A DNA stretch of 35,685 bases, from assembly GCA_045641425.1 (NCBI GenBank), contig JAZUGZ010000171.1:1-35685 (forward strand), in the 5' to 3' direction. A program made the translations under genes and the position numbers. This stretch comes from Candidatus Fimenecus sp. (GTDB lineage: Bacteria; Bacillota; Clostridia; Oscillospirales; Acutalibacteraceae). Below, in pieces: positions 1-8,056 of the stretch (position 1 is the first letter of the stretch; the number at the start of each line of letters is the position of its first letter). The notes under the pieces are model-generated. The model was not told where the DNA came from, searched no databases, and worked only from the letters and a program-made list of their open reading frames with translations.

Positions 1-594
1 AACTTCTTTTGTATTCATTGAGTAAGGGCCTGCTTTATAATCGATAAGAATATCTGTTGTATATTCAGCTTCGCCTTTACCCTGGAAAGTAATTGTATAA
101 TCCCAATAAAGCTTATTCTGTGCGAGCTGCTTTTTGTAACCCTGTGAAATTGAACCAGGAAGACCACAACCAGCAGGAGAATCAGAAGTATTTTTACTGT
201 TAAGGTCTTTACGAGCACTCCAAGCAGTAGTTAATGGATAATAGCCGTTATGTGTTTCGCCAACTGATGAAATAACTGCGTAGTTAATACCATCATTCTT
301 CATTGCTGAGAATAAAGTTGAAAGTTCGAACTTTTCATTCTCTTTAGTCTGCATGAAAGTGAATTCGGTTTTATCCATTTTCATTGATACATAATGTGTA
401 CCATGACCGTCAGTATAGCCTTTGTCTAATTCGTGCTCCCAACCGCCAGCTGTTGTAACTGGTTTTGTGAAGCCGTTGTCTTCAATATTGTTTTCTGCAA
501 CGCTTGTAATAGCCATTGCAGGGAACATGGTAACAACCATTAAAACTGAAAGAATCACACTAATAATTTTATTTGATTTCTTTTCTCTGTTCAT
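1..594 (-). CDS. Secreted protein of unknown function (partial; C-terminus lies beyond the window start)
   Basis: Hand translation of the minus strand from ATG 594-592 runs to position 1 with no in-frame stop (198 codons). GGAGG (602-606 on plus) sits 7 nt upstream of the ATG. The N-terminus MNREKKSNKIISVILSVLMVVTMFPAMAITSVAEN looks like a Sec signal peptide. Missing from the ORF track because it has no stop codon inside the window. No family recognised. Confidence 0.7.
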   Translation of the reverse strand, partial: MNREKKSNKIISVILSVLMVVTMFPAMAITSVAENNIEDNGFTKPVTTAGGWEHELDKGYTDGHGTHYVSMKMDKTEFTFMQTKENEKFELSTLFSAMKNDGINYAVISSVGETHNGYYPLTTAWSARKDLNSKNTSDSPAGCGLPGSISQGYKKQLAQNKLYWDYTITFQGKGEAEYTTDILIDYKAGPYSMNTKEV

Positions 595-675
595 AATGTT
601 TCCTCCGAAAAAAGTTTTGCATTTGTTCTAACGCTTTGAATCTGTATTTGTTATGACAACATACTATCATATAGT

Positions 676-697
676 CCCTAACAAAAACCTAACAAGA
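676..697 (-). promoter_or_regulatory. Tandem 11-bp direct repeat (site A), candidate response-regulator operator
   Basis: Minus strand reads TCTTGTTAGGT TTTTGTTAGGG. It matches site B (1178-1199) at 20 of 22 positions. A 9-nt gap separates it from TAGTAT (666-661), which is preceded by TGA (extended -10 TGnTAGTAT, 669-661). It lies 82 nt upstream of the ATG at 594. The distal repeat overlaps the TAG stop of the DUF3592 gene. Confidence 0.5.
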
Positions 698-1132
698 TTC
701 GACATTTTTTTCTAAAAAATAATCCATTGATATTAACAAGCCTAAAAACAACATTACATAACCGCCTACCCTTATGGCAATCGTCATAATATCTGTCGCT
801 GGTGTTACCTCATACGGATTATCTGTATTATAAGCAACTTGTATCGTATCCCCTACGTTTACAGCACTGGTTGATGTAACTGCTTCAACATCTTCATATG
901 AAACGCCATCAACTACATAACTAATATACGTTTTATAAACTGTTTGTGGAACACTTTTACTTTCAATCATTTGCTCGCTTGTTGAAACCTTTGTTACTGT
1001 TGCAACACATTTGCCTTCTAAATCATTTGGTATATACATTGATAATAGCGAGCTTACTATTAATAAAATTCCAAACAAAAGCAAAATTGCACCTAACAAA
1101 AAACTTTTTTCTTTTTTCATTGTTTGTAGCAT
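689..1132 (-). CDS. DUF3592-like two-TM membrane protein
   Basis: N-terminal TM (FLLGAILLLFGILLIVSSLL), then a beta-rich core with a DUF3592-like pattern (VYKTYISYVVDGVSYEDV ... VGDTIQVAYNTDNPYEV), then a C-terminal TM. The track start at 1186 is a TTG. I prefer ATG 1132, which has AGAGG 7 nt upstream. Confidence 0.7.
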   Translation of the reverse strand: MLQTMKKEKSFLLGAILLLFGILLIVSSLLSMYIPNDLEGKCVATVTKVSTSEQMIESKSVPQTVYKTYISYVVDGVSYEDVEAVTSTSAVNVGDTIQVAYNTDNPYEVTPATDIMTIAIRVGGYVMLFLGLLISMDYFLEKNVESC

Positions 1133-1177
1133 ATTAAAACCTCTTGTTCTGTTGTGATTATCAATATATACTTCCAC

Positions 1178-1199
1178 CCCTAACAAAAGCCTAACAAAA
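1178..1199 (-). promoter_or_regulatory. Tandem 11-bp direct repeat (site B), candidate response-regulator operator in the divergent promoter region
   Basis: Minus strand reads TTTTGTTAGGC TTTTGTTAGGG. A 9-nt gap separates it from TATATT (1168-1163), the same geometry as site A. It lies 46 nt upstream of the DUF3592 ATG (1132) and 65 nt upstream of the kinase ATG (1264). Confidence 0.5.
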
Positions 1200-1226
1200 A
1201 ATGTTATGGTAATTGCTGTTTTTTTG

Positions 1227-1235
1227 TGTTATACT
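1227..1235 (+). promoter_or_regulatory. Candidate extended -10 promoter element for the kinase/regulator operon
   Basis: TGtTATACT (TGnTATACT) lies 29 nt upstream of ATG 1264. No good -35 was seen. Predicted from sequence only. Confidence 0.35.
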
Positions 1236-1263
1236 GAAATCAATTAATATGTGGAGGCAAAAT

Positions 1264-2589
1264 ATGTTAAGTCCATCAATAATTCAAATACCCTTTGAGG
1301 TTTGGGGTGCGCTTTTCTGCCTTATGTGCGGATTTATTGTTTTCGCAACAAGAAAAGGCGAGATTATAAGAAGCCGTTTCCTTATGTATGCCCTTATTAC
1401 AGAAGCATTACAATTAACAAGTGACGCTTTTGCCATTGGTTTTAGAGGAAATATTACAACTGCTGGTTTTTACATTGTAAGAATTAGCAATTTCTTGGTT
1501 TTCTTTGCAAACTATATGATGTGCATTTGGCTTATTCACTACATTTCTGCAACAATTGTGGGTATTGAAAGCCATAAAAAACACCTTTGGATTAAATTTG
1601 TAACTGCACTTAATTCGTTTGGCATTATTTTACTTGTCATTTCATTATTCATTAAAAACTTCTTTTATAATTTTGATGAGAAAAACCTTTATCATAGAGC
1701 CGACTTTTATTGGCTTAATATGTTAATTCCAATTATCTCAATTGCTTTCACAACAGCACTAATTATTAAATACAGAAAAAATTTAAGCAAAGCTAATTTT
1801 TCTGCACTTTTGATATATTTGCTTTTACCACTTATAGCTACGATTGTTCAAACCTTTGTTTATGGCTTATCTCTTACAAATATGACAAGTGCAATAACCA
1901 CTCTTTTGCTTTTTGTAGTACACGAAGTTGACAAATCTGAACGCTTAATTGAAAAAGAAAAAGAGGTCGCAAGGCAAAAGGAACAGCTTTCTGAAACAAA
2001 GGTTAGTCTTATGATGTCAAAAATACATCCTCATTTTATTTCAAACACGCTTCTTACTATTCAAGGCCTTTACCATATGAATATTGATGATGCCGACAGA
2101 ATTATGAACACCTTTATAAGATATTTACAGCAAAGCTTTAGCAATATTTCTGTAAATGTTCCTGTTGATTTCAGCATGGATTTAGAGCATGCCAAGAACT
2201 ATACCGATATTTCTCTTGCTCGCTGGCCAGATATGACCATTGAATACAACATTGAATGTGTTGATTTCAAAATTCCGTATCTTACACTTCAACCTTTAAT
2301 TGAAAATGCTGTTCGCCACGGACTTATGCCACTTGAAGAAGGTGGAAAAATTACTGTATCAACCTATGAAGATGACGCGTATAACTACATTAGTATTGTT
2401 GATAATGGCGTTGGATTTGATATAAACAACCCTATTTCACATCAGTTCAAAAACGACCGTGCCCACATTGGTCTTTCAAATGTTAAAGACAGAATTAAAA
2501 TTATGTCACACGGCACTCTTGAAATTGATAGCGTAATTGACAAAGGTACAACCATTTTAATTAAATTACCTAAGGAGGAAGCAAAATGA
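1264..2589 (+). CDS. Sensor histidine kinase, LytS/YehU-type (His_kinase plus HATPase_c) with a multi-TM N-terminal sensor domain
   Basis: H-box IHPHFISNTLL, N-box LQPLIENAVRHGL and G-box VDNGVGF ... GLSNVKDRI. About six hydrophobic helices in the first ~230 aa. GGAGG (1253-1257) lies 6 nt before ATG 1264. The track start at 1213 is an upstream alternative. Confidence 0.9.
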   Translation: MLSPSIIQIPFEVWGALFCLMCGFIVFATRKGEIIRSRFLMYALITEALQLTSDAFAIGFRGNITTAGFYIVRISNFLVFFANYMMCIWLIHYISATIVGIESHKKHLWIKFVTALNSFGIILLVISLFIKNFFYNFDEKNLYHRADFYWLNMLIPIISIAFTTALIIKYRKNLSKANFSALLIYLLLPLIATIVQTFVYGLSLTNMTSAITTLLLFVVHEVDKSERLIEKEKEVARQKEQLSETKVSLMMSKIHPHFISNTLLTIQGLYHMNIDDADRIMNTFIRYLQQSFSNISVNVPVDFSMDLEHAKNYTDISLARWPDMTIEYNIECVDFKIPYLTLQPLIENAVRHGLMPLEEGGKITVSTYEDDAYNYISIVDNGVGFDINNPISHQFKNDRAHIGLSNVKDRIKIMSHGTLEIDSVIDKGTTILIKLPKEEAK

Positions 2590-3365
2590 TAGCTATTACA
2601 GTAGATGATGAAGCTTGGGCGCTTAAAACTTTAACTGACTCTGTAAGTGCATCAAACGATATTACAGAAACGCAAAGCTTTCCTAACTGCAAATCAGCTC
2701 TTGAATGGGCAACCAATAACACTTTTGACATTGCTTTTCTTGATGTAAATATGCGTGGTATGGGCGGTTTAGAGCTTTCTTCAAGACTTCGCGAAATAAA
2801 TCCGAATTGTTACATAATTTTCTGTACTGGTTACCAAGAGCACGCCTTTGAAGCTTTTAAGCACCACGCTGACGGCTTTCTTTTGAAGCCTATTAAGCCC
2901 GAATATGTTCAGCGTGAAATTGACCACCTATTCGGCAGAAATGAAAACAAACCACTTTTAACTGTTCGTTGCTTTGGTGGCTTTGAGGTTACTGATGCCG
3001 ACGGCAACAATGTTAGCTTTTCAAGAGCTAAAACTCGTGAGCTTTTTGCTTTACTTGTTAATAAAAATGGAATGGGAATGACCTCAAAAGAAATTTGCAC
3101 AATTCTTTGGGAAGACAGCTTTGATGATGACAAAAAGAATATGCAATATCTTTGGAACTTGTTTAGTGATTTAACCAAATCATTAAAAGCAGTGGGTGCA
3201 GAAGAAATACTTGTCAAAGCCGGTTCACAGCATTTAATTGATACATCAAAAATTAAATGTGATTATTTTGACTACTTAAATGGTCAAACAGACGGCATTG
3301 ACCCCACAACATATCTTCCAAAATACTCTTGGGCAGAAGAAACAATTGGTCAATTCCTTTACTAA
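2586..3365 (+). CDS. Response regulator: REC domain plus SARP/OmpR-like winged-helix DNA-binding domain
   Basis: REC motifs are present: VDDE near the N-terminus, FLDVNM (phospho-acceptor Asp) and LLKP. The C-terminal CFGGFEV...VSFSRAKTRELFALLV...TSKEICTILW...CDYFDY follows the SARP winged-helix pattern. The start overlaps the kinase stop (ATGA), with AAGGAGGAA upstream. Confidence 0.85.
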   Translation: MIAITVDDEAWALKTLTDSVSASNDITETQSFPNCKSALEWATNNTFDIAFLDVNMRGMGGLELSSRLREINPNCYIIFCTGYQEHAFEAFKHHADGFLLKPIKPEYVQREIDHLFGRNENKPLLTVRCFGGFEVTDADGNNVSFSRAKTRELFALLVNKNGMGMTSKEICTILWEDSFDDDKKNMQYLWNLFSDLTKSLKAVGAEEILVKAGSQHLIDTSKIKCDYFDYLNGQTDGIDPTTYLPKYSWAEETIGQFLY

Positions 3366-3375
3366 TAGGCAACAA

Positions 3376-3412
3376 AAAACTCCTACTTAAAAACGTAGGA
3401 GTTTTATTTTTT
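3376..3412. terminator. Intrinsic terminator hairpin shared by convergent genes
   Basis: AAAACTCCTAC / GTAGGAGTTTT stem (3376-3386 and 3395-3405) followed by ATTTTTT. An A-run upstream gives bidirectional potential. Confidence 0.75.
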
Positions 3413-3419
3413 CTGTTTA

Positions 3420-4478
3420 TTACCTATTTGCTTTGAGCTTTGCAAAAAGTTCAACATTACCTGACTTAACCTTTGAAATAACTGTTCCCTCAAGTTTTGT
3501 TAATAATGTGCTTTTCATTTTAACTGGAATTAGCATAAGCTTCATAACAATTGAACGAGGCTTTGCAACTTTAAGTGCAGTTCGTGTTGTTGTTGAATTG
3601 ATCATTTTACTAATTTGCTCGTTCTTTTCTTTTGAACTTAATGTGCAAGCAGAATTTGTAACATTTTCAACGCATCCAATTACACGCTCAATATATCGGC
3701 GATAAAGCATTTCTTGACTTTCAGGCGAATTTACACCCCAATGCTCATAAAGTGAAAGCATCCATTCGTGTTCTTCTTCACGCTTTTCGTACATATCACT
3801 TCTGTATTTTGCCGTTTCGCTATCTGCACGGGCACGCATAAAGTGGTAATACTTGCCATCTGTTAATACAACACGCTCAACATCTCTTACAACATCCAAA
3901 TTAAATGGGAAGTCATCCCAAAATGTATTCTTAAATCGGATATTATTATCCATTATATATTTTCTTTCAAAAAGCTTATTCCACGGAGTGTAAAGCAAGT
4001 TTTTATCAAACATTTCATGAGCATATTCACGAAATTCCTTTTGAGATGCAAAAATCTTTGACGGAAGCACTTGCTCTTGTGAATAAAACTCGGTATCGCT
4101 AAAGAATGTGTCAATGTAATAGCCTGCAACCACAAGCTGTGCATTATTCTCTTTTGCAAGGCGGTACATATCTTCAAACATTGTAGGCTCTGCCCAGTCG
4201 TCAGAGTCCATAAAATAAAGGTATTCGCCACGTGTCTTTGGAATTGCCGTATTTCTTGCTGACGGAGCACCGCCATTTTCTTTATGAATTACAGTTATTC
4301 GGCTGTCTTTTTTAGCGTATTCGTCACAAATCTCGCCACTTCTATCTGGAGTGCCGTCATCAACCGCAATAAGCTCCCACTCAGTAAAGGTTTGTGCAAG
4401 AAGGCTGTCAATACATTTGCCTATAAACTTTTCTACGTTGTAAACTGGCATTACAACTGAAATTTTAACATCACTCAT
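3420..4478 (-). CDS. Family 2 glycosyltransferase (candidate galactofuranosyltransferase by context)
   Basis: ISVVMPVYNVEKFIGKCIDSLLAQTF...LIAVDDGTPDRSG...FMDSDD is the classic GT2 (GT-A) N-terminal pattern with a DxD. The start lies 2 nt downstream of the glf stop. Confidence 0.9.
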   Translation of the reverse strand: MSDVKISVVMPVYNVEKFIGKCIDSLLAQTFTEWELIAVDDGTPDRSGEICDEYAKKDSRITVIHKENGGAPSARNTAIPKTRGEYLYFMDSDDWAEPTMFEDMYRLAKENNAQLVVAGYYIDTFFSDTEFYSQEQVLPSKIFASQKEFREYAHEMFDKNLLYTPWNKLFERKYIMDNNIRFKNTFWDDFPFNLDVVRDVERVVLTDGKYYHFMRARADSETAKYRSDMYEKREEEHEWMLSLYEHWGVNSPESQEMLYRRYIERVIGCVENVTNSACTLSSKEKNEQISKMINSTTTRTALKVAKPRSIVMKLMLIPVKMKSTLLTKLEGTVISKVKSGNVELFAKLKANR

Positions 4479-4480
4479 AA

Positions 4481-5578
4481 TTAAAACTCTTTATCACAAA
4501 TATTAAGTGCTGCTTCAATGCACTTGTCCATATCATAATACTTATAAAGCCCAAGCCTACCGCCAAAAATAACATTTGATTCATTTTTAGCAAGTTCTTC
4601 ATAACGGCTGTAAAGGGTGTTGTTTCGCTCATCATTAACTGGGTAATAAGGCTCGTCGCCCTCTTGCCACTCTTTTGGGTATTCTTTAGTAATAACCGTT
4701 TTGTCTTGCTTGCCAAATTCAAAGTGTTTATGCTCAATAATACGAGTATATGGAATTTCGCGTTCTGAGAAATTCATAACCGCAACACCTTGAAAATTTT
4801 TCTCGTCTAAAAGCTCTGTTTCAAAACGAAGGCTTCTATATTGAAGCTTGCCAAGAGAATAATTGAAATATTCGTCTATCATACCTGTAAAAAGGCATTT
4901 GTCAGCAAGTGCCATCAATTCTTCGCGTTGCTCAAAAAAGTCTGTATTAGTACGAATTTCTGCACCATCAAAAAGCTTTTCAATTAACTCGTTGTAGCTA
5001 TTTTCAGGAATTCCTTGGTATTTATCGTTAAAATAATTGTTGTCATAGGTGTAGCGAACTGGCAAACGCTTAATAATGAATGATGGTAAATCCTTGCAAT
5101 CTCTACCCCATTGTTTTTCGGTGTAACCCTTAATAAGCTTTTCGTAAATCTGCCTGCCGACAAGGCTAATTGCCTGTTCTTCAAGGTTTTTAGGCTCGCC
5201 CTTTATTTCGGTTCTTTGCTCGTCAATTACTGCTTTTGCTTCGCTTGGCTTACTAATACCAAACATTCTTGCAAAGGTATTCATATTAAACGGCATATTG
5301 TAAATTTCGCCTTTGTAATTACAAACTGGAGAATTGACAAAATTGTTAAATTCACAAAATTCATTAACATAATCCCAAACGCGTTTATTGCTTGTATGAA
5401 AAATGTGTGCGCCATATTTATGAACGGTAATACCTTCAACATTTTCACAGTAAATATTGCCACCTATGTGATTTCTCTTTTCAATTACAAGGCACTTTTT
5501 GCCATGCTTTTTTGCTTCATTATAGAAAACCGCAGAAAAAAGACCTGCACCGACAATTAAATAATCGTACTGTTTCAT
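4481..5578 (-). CDS. glf: UDP-galactopyranose mutase
   Basis: MKQYDYLIVGAGLFSAVF...VIEKRNHIGGN...HKYGAHIFHT. Length and motif layout are typical of Glf. AGGAG RBS upstream. Confidence 0.93.
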   Translation of the reverse strand: MKQYDYLIVGAGLFSAVFYNEAKKHGKKCLVIEKRNHIGGNIYCENVEGITVHKYGAHIFHTSNKRVWDYVNEFCEFNNFVNSPVCNYKGEIYNMPFNMNTFARMFGISKPSEAKAVIDEQRTEIKGEPKNLEEQAISLVGRQIYEKLIKGYTEKQWGRDCKDLPSFIIKRLPVRYTYDNNYFNDKYQGIPENSYNELIEKLFDGAEIRTNTDFFEQREELMALADKCLFTGMIDEYFNYSLGKLQYRSLRFETELLDEKNFQGVAVMNFSEREIPYTRIIEHKHFEFGKQDKTVITKEYPKEWQEGDEPYYPVNDERNNTLYSRYEELAKNESNVIFGGRLGLYKYYDMDKCIEAALNICDKEF

Positions 5579-5672
5579 AATAAACTCCTATTATGCAGAA
5601 TTAACTGTTAAAGCTAAATCAATTTTAACATATACCCCAAAAGATTTCAACACATTTCTTAATTACTGATTA

Positions 5673-5701
5673 TTGACAAACACGAGAAAACTAATCATAA
5701 T
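5673..5701 (+). promoter_or_regulatory. Sigma-A-type promoter candidate
   Basis: TTGACA (5673-5678), a 17-nt spacer, then CATAAT (5696-5701). It lies 34 nt upstream of ATG 5735. Confidence 0.55.
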
Positions 5702-5734
5702 ATTTATAATATAAAAATTTAATGGAGAGAGTTT

Positions 5735-6526
5735 ATGAACAACGAAATTTACGGTGCTAATTCACAGCCAAATACTAAAAAGACAAATTGGGCACCAATA
5801 ATAATTACACTTATTATTTGTGTTACAGTAATTATGGTTGTTGGAATTGTTTGTGTATTTTTATTCTTAAAAGGTAGCCTAAATTTGCCAGGACTTTCAT
5901 TTAACTTTGTGCCTGACAAAACCTACACTGAGGTTATAGGCTCGGCCGAAATTACAACAGACGGTATTAACGGCATTGAAATTGAATGGGTAAGTGACGA
6001 CGTAAAAATAGAATATTATGACGGCGACAAAATCTATTTTGAAGAAACAAGCAACAATAAAAAATACCCTGCAGGATATAAAATCAAAGACGGAGCTTTA
6101 GAGATTAAAGAATACGCTGGTGATTACCATGCAGGCATTAAAAATTATCCTTCAAACAGTTTAATATTAAAGCTTCCAAAAGATTTTCAGTGCTTTGAAT
6201 TTTGTGTTGAGGTTGTTTCTGCAAATGTAACTGCCCAAAATCTTAACACAACATATTTTGAACTTGAAACAGTAAGCGGTAACGCTGAATTAGCTTTTGC
6301 GGTTGCTCCAGGAAAAATTGAAACTGAATCTGTAAGTGGTGACATTAAACTCGCACTACCTAATGATGTAACTGGTTATACCGTTTCAAAAGAAAGTGTA
6401 TCAGGCTCCGTTATCGCACCTGATTTTGACAATGCACTTCGCTTTGGTGATGGCTCGTTGGTTATTTCAATGGAATCTGTAAGCGGTAATTTAACATTAA
6501 GCAAAGCTGGAACAACTAAAGCATAA
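5735..6526 (+). CDS. Membrane-anchored DUF4097 (LiaG-like beta-strand repeat) protein
   Basis: N-terminal TM (APIIITLIICVTVIMVVGIVCVFLFL). Repeated SVSG[DN]xxL motifs (TVSGNAEL, SVSGDIKL, SVSGSV, SVSGNLTL) are typical of DUF4097. GGAGAG RBS. Confidence 0.7.
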   Translation: MNNEIYGANSQPNTKKTNWAPIIITLIICVTVIMVVGIVCVFLFLKGSLNLPGLSFNFVPDKTYTEVIGSAEITTDGINGIEIEWVSDDVKIEYYDGDKIYFEETSNNKKYPAGYKIKDGALEIKEYAGDYHAGIKNYPSNSLILKLPKDFQCFEFCVEVVSANVTAQNLNTTYFELETVSGNAELAFAVAPGKIETESVSGDIKLALPNDVTGYTVSKESVSGSVIAPDFDNALRFGDGSLVISMESVSGNLTLSKAGTTKA

Positions 6527-6543
6527 ATCAAATTAAATTTAGA

Positions 6544-6571
6544 AAGCCCTCGTTTTCGAGGGCTTATTTTA
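6544..6571 (+). terminator. Intrinsic terminator after the DUF4097 gene
   Basis: AAGCCCTCG tttt CGAGGGCTT stem-loop (6544-6565) followed by ATTTTA. The 3' arm contains the stop codon of the convergent gene. Confidence 0.7.
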
Positions 6572-8012
6572 TACCTATTAAAATTGAAGACGTTTGTGAT
6601 GGGCCGTCAATTAGCTCGCCTTTGTAATTATATCGAGAGCCGTGGCAAGGGCAGTCCCAAGTTTTTGTCGTTTCATTCCATTTAAGTCTGCATTTTAAGT
6701 GTGGGCAGGTTAAAGACACAACATAAATACGCCCATCTGCATCTTTATAAGCACCGGCGGTTTTACCGTCAAAATACACCTCTGTTCCGACACCTATTTT
6801 AACATCTTTAATGTCAGTTTTTGGAATCGATAAATACGAAGCAAATCCTTTAAGAGTTTCAGCTGTATTTTCCATAATATTTTTTGTGCTTGCCGAAATA
6901 CTAAATCGGTTGGGCGAAAAGACATCGCTATTTTCGTTGTTTATACCTACAATTTTGTCGGATATAATTTGAGCGCTAACCATTGAAGTTGTAATACCCC
7001 ATTTATTAAAACCTGTTGCAACAAAAATGTGCTCATTTTTACCGTCAAACCTTCCGATATACGGAATTTCATCAATTGGAACGCAGTCTTGTGCCGACCA
7101 CATTGCTACAATTTTGCTTTCGGGAAAATATTCTCTTGCTTTCTGCTCTAATGCACTAAATGGTGGATTTTTAGGTGTAACGCCAGTTCTGTGCGACTCT
7201 CCGCCAAATAAAAGCACATCTTTATACCACCTTAAAGAAATGCTACTGTCCTCTGTGCCGATATACATTCCGTCGCCAGTAAAATTTGCATTTTTGAGTG
7301 CAAGGACATAGCTTCTTTCACTACTCATTTTTAGAAAATACATTGAAGGAAAATTTACAAATGGATAGTGCGTTGCAACCACAATATTTTTTGCTTTTAT
7401 TTTATATTTTTCTGCAAATACTGTATTGTCAACTATTTTTAATGCTCGCGTGTTTTCATAAATTTTTAGCTCTGGAACTAATCCTGCCACAAATTTTAAC
7501 GGATTAAACTGTGCTTGATTTCTAAAGACTTCTGCACCACGTGTATAAAAAGGCAAGTTCACATTTTCTGTAAAATAACAGTCTATTCCCGCGCGTTTTG
7601 CCGCTTCCGTTTCGAGCTTTAAGCTTTGTGCATCGGTTACAGTATAAAGAATAGCATCACGCTTTTCAAAATCACAATCAATATTTTTTTGCTTTATTAT
7701 TTTTTCATATTCACTAATTGCCATTTCATTTGCACTGGCATATTGCCTTGCAAAAGCTTTGCTATAATTTTTTTCGATTTTACTGTAAATATTGGCGTGC
7801 TGACTTGTTATTTTTGCGGTTGAATTTTTAGTTTGACCGCTACAAATTTCGTGTGAGTCAATTACTACACTATCAACACCTTTTTCTTTGAGCTTATATG
7901 CAGTTAAAATTCCTGCAAGCCCCGCACCAATTACTAATGTGTCAACTTCTAAATCACATTCTAGTGCTTTTTTTCTTGTAAAATCTACGCTTTCCGACCA
8001 AATAGATTTCAT
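6564..8012 (-). CDS. FAD-dependent oxidoreductase with C-terminal Rieske [2Fe-2S] domain (YhfW-like)
   Basis: Dinucleotide-binding fold DTLVIGAGLAGILTAYKLKEKG. Rieske motif CPH-x15-CPCH (CPHLKCRLKWNETTKTWDCPCHG). The track start at 8045 is a TTG. I prefer ATG 8012, which is preceded by GGGTGA. Confidence 0.8.
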   Translation of the reverse strand: MKSIWSESVDFTRKKALECDLEVDTLVIGAGLAGILTAYKLKEKGVDSVVIDSHEICSGQTKNSTAKITSQHANIYSKIEKNYSKAFARQYASANEMAISEYEKIIKQKNIDCDFEKRDAILYTVTDAQSLKLETEAAKRAGIDCYFTENVNLPFYTRGAEVFRNQAQFNPLKFVAGLVPELKIYENTRALKIVDNTVFAEKYKIKAKNIVVATHYPFVNFPSMYFLKMSSERSYVLALKNANFTGDGMYIGTEDSSISLRWYKDVLLFGGESHRTGVTPKNPPFSALEQKAREYFPESKIVAMWSAQDCVPIDEIPYIGRFDGKNEHIFVATGFNKWGITTSMVSAQIISDKIVGINNENSDVFSPNRFSISASTKNIMENTAETLKGFASYLSIPKTDIKDVKIGVGTEVYFDGKTAGAYKDADGRIYVVSLTCPHLKCRLKWNETTKTWDCPCHGSRYNYKGELIDGPSQTSSILIGIK

Positions 8013-8056
8013 ATTATCACCCGTTACAGTATTACCCGAAAACAAAACAAATATTA

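Noticed and set aside
422-631. 69-aa plus-strand ORF, and the 67-aa minus-strand ORF at 15-218, reported by the track
   Set aside because: Both are superseded by the 198-codon open minus-strand frame that starts at 594 with a consensus RBS and a signal peptide.
5111-5560. 149-aa ORF antisense to glf, plus similar antisense or alternative-frame ORFs elsewhere (for example 2909-3217, 3953-4276, 14314-14673, 15077-15478, 19824-20141, 26951-27265, 30618-30998 and 32652-33029)
   Set aside because: All lie wholly within confidently identified genes on the opposite strand or in another frame. They lack an RBS and give compositionally odd proteins, so they are shadow ORFs.
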